Shown: one piece after another, positions 54,350-59,971 of the stretch
Position numbering within the stretch: the first letter of the stretch is position 1
Layout of the letters: every line of letters begins with the position of its first letter
Virus record (IMG/VR): IMGVR_UViG_3300048556_000258
Span: 1 to 59,971 of that record
Direction: 5' to 3' (one strand)
Source of the DNA: a virus
Lineage: Duplodnaviria > Caudoviricetes
DNA: 59,971 bases
The notes under the pieces: generated by a model
What the model was told of the DNA's origin: nothing
Database searches by the model: none
The model's input: only the letters and a program-made list of their open reading frames with translations
Translations under genes and position numbers: made by a program

Positions 54350-55804
54350 TCAATAATAAGCCCTTACTTGAGCTGACCCGTCGCCTTCTTCCCAATCATC
54401 GCTTGGCAACTGTACAAAATTACCCTGACGATAACGCATTAAGGCTTGTGTCATGCTATCCACAAGGTCATCATACTCTCCATTTGGAAAAGCTGCAACC
54501 TCTTCTATCATCTCGTCTGCAAAAGTTTCGTCAGGGACCCAAACCATCCCTGCCTCAAACAAAGGAGATACAGAATGTAATCTTGACACTTTATCATTAC
54601 CTTTACTCGGTGTAAAGTTAACAACAGGTATACCCATATTACGCAATTCATGCGTCAAAGGCAGACCCGTAGCCTTAGCTTCTATAATTACTGTCTCGGG
54701 GTCCCAATAATTATATTGCTCCATAGCAACATTCTTCAATTCTGGGAAATCCCACCTGTCTTTTATGCTATCTAACAATATTAAAGCAGGTTGACCCCCT
54801 ATTTCCTCCGGATAAAACACTCCCCACGTTGTTATAGCACTAAAGTCAGCCGTTTCACGCTTTGAAAACGCCGTATCGTAGCTCTGAATGACATATTGTA
54901 GGTTTGGGACACTCTTTTTCTCCCACCTCTTCCACCATTCTCGCTTAATTATCGCATTTTCTTCACCAGTAGGCTGCTGCTGGTACTGAGCATTCCATTT
55001 ACTGGGCGGAATAGACGCTTTTACCGCCGTTAAATCGTCCAAACTCCAATATTCTGGCCAACAAGGTTCCCCACTATCAAAAATAGCAGGTAATTCCACT
55101 ATCTCCCATTGATCCGCTAGGGGATCCTTTGCCATCGAGCGCACCAACTGGCCCGTCAAGTCCTTCTCTGACCATCTTGTCTGTACTAAAACTATACTTC
55201 CACCAGGCTGGAGCCTCTGTCGGGGGCCCCCTGTGTACCAATCCCAAGCATCTTCAAAACCATTGTTACTCATAGCCGTTTGTTCAGAGTGAGGATCATC
55301 TATTATAACTAAATCACCACCACGACCCGCTAAGTTTGAGCCAACACCCACCGCATAATACATACCACCCTTATTTGTATCCCATCTTCCTGACGCTTTA
55401 CTATCTACCGCCAAGCTTACATCTGGGAATACCGTCTTAAACTCATCTGTTTCAATAAGGTTCTTGACCTTTCTGCCAAAATTAACAGCGAGTTCTGTCG
55501 TGTGTGTCGCTTGAATGATCTTCATGTTCGGACTACGGCCCATCATCCACGCAGGGAACAGGAAAGATGCAAACTCAGACTTCGTGTGTCTAGGGGCCAT
55601 GTTGATTATTAATCTTTTAAGTTCCCCACGAGCAACTCTTTCTAGTTTTTCTGCAATTATTTCGTGATGTCTTCCTTGAATAAAACTCGGCCAGATACTT
55701 TTTACAAAACTTAAAAATGTATTTTGGCACTCCTCGTTCTTTTCTAACTGAGCTAGTCTTAGTTCAAGTTTGAGGATCCTTTCGTTTTGTATTCTACCAT
55801 CCAT
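54350..55804 (-). CDS. terL: Terminase large subunit
   Basis: LIINMAPRHTKSE Walker A, IIDDPH Walker B, QTRW, SYDTAF, IEAKA, DDLVDS nuclease motifs. Confidence 0.95.
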   Translation of the reverse strand: MDGRIQNERILKLELRLAQLEKNEECQNTFLSFVKSIWPSFIQGRHHEIIAEKLERVARGELKRLIINMAPRHTKSEFASFLFPAWMMGRSPNMKIIQATHTTELAVNFGRKVKNLIETDEFKTVFPDVSLAVDSKASGRWDTNKGGMYYAVGVGSNLAGRGGDLVIIDDPHSEQTAMSNNGFEDAWDWYTGGPRQRLQPGGSIVLVQTRWSEKDLTGQLVRSMAKDPLADQWEIVELPAIFDSGEPCWPEYWSLDDLTAVKASIPPSKWNAQYQQQPTGEENAIIKREWWKRWEKKSVPNLQYVIQSYDTAFSKRETADFSAITTWGVFYPEEIGGQPALILLDSIKDRWDFPELKNVAMEQYNYWDPETVIIEAKATGLPLTHELRNMGIPVVNFTPSKGNDKVSRLHSVSPLFEAGMVWVPDETFADEMIEEVAAFPNGEYDDLVDSMTQALMRYRQGNFVQLPSDDWEEGDGSAQVRAYY

Positions 55805-55829
55805 GTAGGGGTCCCTTATATAAAATTTA

Positions 55830-55874
55830 TATGCGATTTATGGGTTATTATAATATAGTTAACGACTATATCAA
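55830..55874 (-). promoter_or_regulatory. Promoter upstream of terL with downstream operator
   Basis: TTGATA-16nt-TATAAT; TATGCGA at 55830-55836. Confidence 0.5.
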
Positions 55875-56019
55875 ATTATTTATAATTGTTTGTGAAAAAC
55901 TTAGCCCTTGCCCTCGGGCCCAAAATCGCGGGCGTCTGATTTTTTTTAATAAAATCTTTATTTTTGGGCTACGTTTTAGCCTCTATTGGATAGGGTACCT
56001 TAACCGTTTTTAATTGTAT

Positions 56020-56360
56020 TTTCCCCGCTGATCTTCGCCGTTGCCCCGTTGATCGTTGTTTTTTTTGCCGTCCTGATGTCTTGTGGATCTTGTCAGCTGG
56101 TCGGCGGGGCTTAGATCTTTTACAGCTGGTTAACGGGGCTTAAAACGTGGGCTTTTGTCTGGTGCGTTCGTCGTTATTTGCTCCAGCTCCGCCAGCTGGT
56201 GCCGTTGCCCCGTTGATCCTTGTATAATGTTCCGTAGTTCATACGTTTTAAATCATGTCTGAGCGCCTGCGGTGGGCTTATTTAACTATTTAATACTAAG
56301 ATCCGCAGGCATAAAAAAAGCCCCGCTTAACGGGGCTTAAATCGTCTTTAAATAGGGGCT
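56020..56360. repeat. Repeat-rich non-coding region (genome end/packaging candidate)
   Basis: GCCGTTGCCCCGTTGATC twice (56037, ~56200); several GGGCTT and CAGCTGG copies. Confidence 0.65.
56313..56338 (-). terminator. Intrinsic terminator ending the early cluster
   Basis: AAGCCCCG-5nt-CGGGGCTT followed by a T-run on the minus strand. Confidence 0.8.
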
Positions 56361-56477
56361 TTAGTTTATACGTTCAGCAATTAACAAAAGAAAAATAGCA
56401 AAAGCAAAACATATTGGAATGAATAAAAATTCAATTAAATAAATAAAAAACTTTCTAATTTTTAAATAAATCTTCAT
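56361..56477 (-). CDS. Small hydrophobic membrane peptide, 38 aa
   Basis: MKIYLKIRKFFIYLIEFLFIPICFAFAIFLLLIAERIN; GGAG RBS; ends just before the terminator. Confidence 0.55.
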   Translation of the reverse strand: MKIYLKIRKFFIYLIEFLFIPICFAFAIFLLLIAERIN

Positions 56478-56480
56478 GTT

Positions 56481-56954
56481 TTAGATCTCCAAAAAATGAA
56501 AGTTGAAACAATCCCAAATAATATTTTTTAATCTTTTAGATTGTGAAATTATAGAAGCTCCATCATACCAATCATTATAGTGATATTCAATTCTATTTAA
56601 TCCGTCTTTTGGATTATAAAAAATCCTAAACTCATCACTAGGACCGCCCCAAGATAATTGCCAGCGGTGAAAACTTTCTTTCTGATCTTCAAAAGTTCCC
56701 GCCTCTACATAATCAAAACAAAGCCCGTATTGATCAACAAAATCTAAAAAATTATCATACTGATTTAATTCAAGGTCTTTAATTGTTTTAAAGTATTTAG
56801 ATTTATATTTATCGTTAATACTGCAGAAAGTATTAATTTCTTTTTGATCTTCATTTAAATACATTTCAGCTATTATTAAATCATCCCAGCGATCTCTATA
56901 ATTTGGGTGCACTAAATCAATACATTTTAGCTTTCTATTTTCAGTTTTTAACAT
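56481..56954 (-). CDS. Conserved early phage protein
   Basis: YGLCFDYVEAGTF...RWQLSWGGPSDEFR...IEY.Y.DWYDGA; AGGAG RBS. Confidence 0.75.
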   Translation of the reverse strand: MLKTENRKLKCIDLVHPNYRDRWDDLIIAEMYLNEDQKEINTFCSINDKYKSKYFKTIKDLELNQYDNFLDFVDQYGLCFDYVEAGTFEDQKESFHRWQLSWGGPSDEFRIFYNPKDGLNRIEYHYNDWYDGASIISQSKRLKNIIWDCFNFHFLEI

Positions 56955-57006
56955 GGTTTTAATCTCCTATTAATTAAAGTTATCTCATAATATTGCATAC
57001 TTTATA

Positions 57007-57041
57007 CAAAAAGAAAAGCCCCGCCAGCTGGTAGGGCTTTT
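57007..57041 (-). terminator. Intrinsic terminator
   Basis: AAAAGCCC...GGGCTTTT then CTTTTT. Confidence 0.7.
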
Positions 57042-57065
57042 ATAAAAAGAGCAGCTCTTAATATT

Positions 57066-57386
57066 TTAATCAAATACAATCACATTTAAACCCGCTTCAT
57101 TTAAATTATTTTTAAGCTTGTTAATATTTAACTGGTTTGGGTTATCTTCAAAAGCTTCCCTATTTGATTTTTTAAAGTTATTAATTTGTTCTTCATTCAA
57201 ATCATTTAAAGAGGGGTTGTCTTCTAACTCCTCTTCATAAAATTGGTTTTCATTTGTATCGTCTATTAAAGTTATTGTAGAAACAAACCCGCCAAAATAA
57301 TCCTTATGAATATCTATAATTTTTTTGAGCTCTTCATGTGATATCTTGGGGCCTTTACTTGCCACGTCTAATATAAACCTTGCCAT
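57066..57386 (-). CDS. Hypothetical early protein
   Basis: 106 aa, AGGAG RBS. Confidence 0.7.
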   Translation of the reverse strand: MARFILDVASKGPKISHEELKKIIDIHKDYFGGFVSTITLIDDTNENQFYEEELEDNPSLNDLNEEQINNFKKSNREAFEDNPNQLNINKLKNNLNEAGLNVIVFD

Positions 57387-57411
57387 TTTTATTTCTCCTA
57401 TTTGTTAAAGT

Positions 57412-57469
57412 TATATAGTTTATCGCATACTTCCCCCAAAAAGAAAAGCCCCGTATCTCTACGGGGCTT
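57412..57469 (-). terminator. Terminator followed by TATGCGA operator and leader
   Basis: AAGCCCCGTA-GAGA-TACGGGGCTT+TTCTTTTT; TCGCATA at 57423-57429. Confidence 0.75.
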
Positions 57470-57494
57470 AAATCGGCTTTAAATGTATAAAAAT

Positions 57495-58634
57495 TTAGGA
57501 CGCCATTGCTACCCTGTGCCAGTCGGTTTTTTTCATGTTTAAAACCTGCCCGCCTAATTTTTGCCAAAAGTCCACGTCGTCGGCTTTGGCGTTATTACCT
57601 ACCCTTGTTACTGCATTCACAAAAGTTGCCCTATTAACGGGCTTGTCATTTTCATAACCAGCTTGTCCAATAGTTTTTAACAATCCGTCTAATACGTTGC
57701 TAGTTTCTTTTTTAGATAAAGTTAAAACTTTTCCTAAATTCTCGACGGCTTCGCTCGCTTCAACATTAATTGTATCTTCAGAAGCTAACCGCATTTTTTC
57801 AAGATTTTCATCAAAAGTATCTCTACTAGCATATGAGCTGACAATATCCCTGAGTTGCAATTTTAAACTATGGTTATCAGCTTGTTTGGTTTCGTCGGTT
57901 AAAATATTCCAAGTGTCCCCGTCCCTCGCTGAGGTAATGTGAGATTTTCTTGTTATGTTTTGCGTCTGCATTCCGTTAAGGCAAGCTAACGTCCAATTAA
58001 TTCCAAAAGCTGAAATACTGCCCGCTCCCGTTTCAGAATTAGAAAGCCCTATTCCATGCGCCATAATGTCATTAACATTTGCACCAGCTCCCGTAATAAT
58101 TTCAGATTTTAAACGTATATACATTTTTTTCTGAGTAATTGCACAATTAACAATTTTCCAGCAAGCGTCCGAATCCATAAGCTGAGGTAATGCGGATTCT
58201 AATAAATCTGAGTTATCAAAAGTTTTAAACTTATCGGATAAAAAAGCTCTAGCCGTACCGCTGGGGTTCATACCTTGGTTTAAATCATCATACGTTCTGA
58301 TCATACGTTTAGAATTTTCTTTTTGCCAAATAGCATTTGTCAATAAATCGTATTCTCTAGAATATTCAGATTGTAAACGTCTAGCCGTTCTAACATCTAA
58401 CCCGTTCTTTTGGGCTATTTGATCAAAACATAAATCATTAACTTTTAAAAAGCGTGTCGGCTCCCCGCCGTTGCCCTCTATAATGATTTCGCTTTGTGGC
58501 TGGTCATCTAATTCAATAGTTCTAAACTGAAGCTCTTTAGTAGGTGCTATAAAATCTTGTTTTCTAGCATTTGTATCTTTAATTCTAATTAAAAGCTTTT
58601 CTAAAGTGTTATTTTCATTTTCGATATTATGCAT
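57495..58634 (-). CDS. DUF932-family protein
   Basis: RAFLSDKF...DN; GIGLSNSETGAGS...LACLNGM. Confidence 0.8.
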   Translation of the reverse strand: MHNIENENNTLEKLLIRIKDTNARKQDFIAPTKELQFRTIELDDQPQSEIIIEGNGGEPTRFLKVNDLCFDQIAQKNGLDVRTARRLQSEYSREYDLLTNAIWQKENSKRMIRTYDDLNQGMNPSGTARAFLSDKFKTFDNSDLLESALPQLMDSDACWKIVNCAITQKKMYIRLKSEIITGAGANVNDIMAHGIGLSNSETGAGSISAFGINWTLACLNGMQTQNITRKSHITSARDGDTWNILTDETKQADNHSLKLQLRDIVSSYASRDTFDENLEKMRLASEDTINVEASEAVENLGKVLTLSKKETSNVLDGLLKTIGQAGYENDKPVNRATFVNAVTRVGNNAKADDVDFWQKLGGQVLNMKKTDWHRVAMAS

Positions 58635-58689
58635 GTTTATCTCCTATTTGTTAAAATGCAAAAAAGCGAGCTTAATTACCCGCTTTTTT

Positions 58690-58718
58690 AATATAAGATT
58701 TTTCGCATACATAGTCAA
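58690..58718 (-). promoter_or_regulatory. Sigma70-like promoter with operator in the spacer
   Basis: TTGACT-17nt-TATATT; plus strand TATAAGA-TTTT-TCGCATA at 58692-58709. Confidence 0.7.
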
Positions 58719-58735
58719 ATTGAATTTTTGAAAGT

Positions 58736-59434
58736 TCAAACTTTTCCAAAATCTCCAGCTATGTGATGCCTTAAAACTGTTCCATAGGGCAATTCCTGAG
58801 CAAATTTTAAAAGCTTTATTTCGTCCCGCTCAATTTCAGATTGTTTAGCGGTTGCCTCCCAATGTAATTTAACATTGCCAGCCGTTGCATAGCACCCGCC
58901 GTCTTCAGTTTCACTACCCGCTTTTTTCTTATACGTCCCATGATCAGTAAACCCTATAGCATAATCTCTTTTAATACGACTACATAAAGGTTTTCCATTT
59001 CCACAATCTCTACAATTAGAATTATTATATTCTGCGGGACATCTAACAATTTTAAAACCATTTACAGTTTCTGATTTTCCATTTGTTTTCCAAAATGTTT
59101 CTTTAACATTTATTACGACGGGTACGAATGAATGCAATAACATATCTGCAATATTTCTTGCTGAATAATTTATAGCCGTTTTACCCGCTCTAAGTTTATG
59201 TTTCCAATATTTAGGATTAAAATGTGAATAAGTAAAACTTATCCCGCCTTTTGGTACGGCGTCCGATACTGCATCTAGATAAGAATAATCTATTTCAGTT
59301 GCCCCCGCTGACGTGTCGGGCTTTAGATTACACGTTTTAGGGCAAGTTGCGAATTTATCAGCTCCTCCCGCTCTATAAGTTACTGCACAATAAGTTGTTT
59401 TTTTTGCAGTAGAATTTTTGACTAATTTAATCAT
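58736..59434 (-). CDS. Cys-rich DUF7227/Gp88-like protein with rearranged segment order
   Basis: TCPKTC, FTYSH, INYSA, RCPA...C..C...LC, GFTDHG, then GCYA..G...HW...LP.G..LRHHIAGD. Confidence 0.65.
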   Translation of the reverse strand: MIKLVKNSTAKKTTYCAVTYRAGGADKFATCPKTCNLKPDTSAGATEIDYSYLDAVSDAVPKGGISFTYSHFNPKYWKHKLRAGKTAINYSARNIADMLLHSFVPVVINVKETFWKTNGKSETVNGFKIVRCPAEYNNSNCRDCGNGKPLCSRIKRDYAIGFTDHGTYKKKAGSETEDGGCYATAGNVKLHWEATAKQSEIERDEIKLLKFAQELPYGTVLRHHIAGDFGKV

Positions 59435-59448
59435 TTATTTTCTCCTAT

Positions 59449-59507
59449 TATGTGATTTATCGCATACCTATTATACATAAAAAAATAGGCGGGTCAAATA
59501 CCCGCCT
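59449..59507 (-). promoter_or_regulatory. Terminator-embedded promoter with downstream operator
   Basis: AGGCGGG-7nt-CCCGCCT+T-run; TTGACC-16nt-TATAAT; TATGTGA-TTTA-TCGCATA at 59449-59466. Confidence 0.7.
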
Positions 59508-59601
59508 TATCTTTCTTATTTCTTTTAGGTTTTTTACCGTTCATGTAAGTACCAAAATCTTTCCCATAAATCAGCATTCCTATCCATTTAAGTAAAAACA
59601 T
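59494..59601 (-). CDS. Micro-ORF, 35 aa
   Basis: MFLLKWIGMLIYGKDFGTYMNGKKPKRNKKDKAGI; TAATG coupling. Confidence 0.5.
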   Translation of the reverse strand: MFLLKWIGMLIYGKDFGTYMNGKKPKRNKKDKAGI

Positions 59602-59971
59602 TATGCAATTTTCCTATTCTCGGCTTTGGCCGTTACGTTTATAACAATTACATTTTCTTGTAAATCATTATCTAAAATTATTCTTTTATAATTAAAAGCT
59701 ATTAAATCATTTATTTGGGCTTTTTTCTTTATGCCTGAAATAGATAATCTTCTATCGCCTCTATTTATAGTTTTGTAAAATGAAATAGTACAAACTGTAT
59801 CATCTTCATAATAAGCTAATAACTTATGCTTTTCGCCATTAACCATTGTATCAAAATCAATTCCAAATAGTTTTGCAAAACGTCTTATACTAGTATTCGC
59901 ATCTATTATAGATTTGTTTAACATTGTATTGGTTAATCTCAGCTGGCCAAAATCAGGGCTTAAAGTGTTTA
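59601..59971 (-). CDS. Stand-alone domain resembling the N-terminal (EcoRII-N/B3-like) region of MvaI/BcnI-family restriction enzymes
   Basis: LT.TML.KSIIDA..SIR.F...SFYK...RGDRRLSISGIKK.A..NDLIA; frame open to the window end. Confidence 0.55.
   Translation of the reverse strand, partial: NTLSPDFGQLRLTNTMLNKSIIDANTSIRRFAKLFGIDFDTMVNGEKHKLLAYYEDDTVCTISFYKTINRGDRRLSISGIKKKAQINDLIAFNYKRIILDNDLQENVIVINVTAKAENRKIA

Larger units (their letters stand above)
1..59971. mobile_element. Near-complete circularly permuted marine tailed phage genome (podovirus-like, HTVC023P/CRP-345-type resemblance)
   Basis: Contains terS, terL, portal, scaffold, capsid, tail, lysis and replication genes and no host housekeeping genes; ends share TAAAGT(T/G)TTTA and an ORF spans the junction. 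Confidence 0.9.

Noticed and set aside
15778-54710. Many plus-strand ORFs of 60-200 aa (e.g. 32360..32842, 39384..39986, 44377..44838)
   Set aside because: Antisense shadows of codon-biased structural genes, with no RBS or recognisable motifs
57355-57567. 70-aa ORF across the DUF932 terminator
   Set aside because: It spans a terminator, operator and RBS and overlaps two better genes
1-59971. tRNA genes, integrase/att site, inteins or introns, DNA methylase
   Set aside because: No cloverleaf or recombinase/methylase motifs seen by eye; PolA, TerL and helicases are uninterrupted and of normal length. tRNAscan-SE and HMM searches would be needed to exclude them firmly

Overview
The window looks like an essentially complete, circularly permuted ~60-kb genome of a marine tailed dsDNA phage with a podovirus-like virion module. 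The first and last 11 nt match at 10/11 positions and one ORF runs across the junction. Gene content (family A DNA polymerase, UvrD-type and SNF2-type helicases, AEP primase, GroES, large portal, 303-aa capsid, ejection proteins, several tail fibres) resembles HTVC023P/CRP-345-type phages of marine alphaproteobacteria; this is recognition from memory, not a database result. Almost all genes are on the minus strand. Modules: small early genes (~56-60 kb and 0-6 kb, including terS), replication (6-14.8 kb) and virion/packaging (14.8-55.8 kb). I found no integrase, tRNA, CRISPR array or reverse transcriptase. Best candidate for an undescribed system: a short [M/F]xxGG tag recurring in at least 8 unrelated virion-region proteins, including a modular pre-toxin-like/DUF6884-like/ADP-ribosyltransferase-like protein between terL and portal, suggesting tag-based loading and ejection of effectors. 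Other highlights: a TATGCGA/TCGCATA operator at 8 promoter regions with a candidate autoregulated ribbon-helix-helix regulator; a strand-biased 7-bp-periodic YCGTGRG motif inside genes; DNA-identical 23-nt junction repeats across tail-fibre genes; an RBS-sequestering leader downstream of the capsid gene; and a rearranged Cys-rich early protein. All family calls are by eye and need HMM or structure confirmation.
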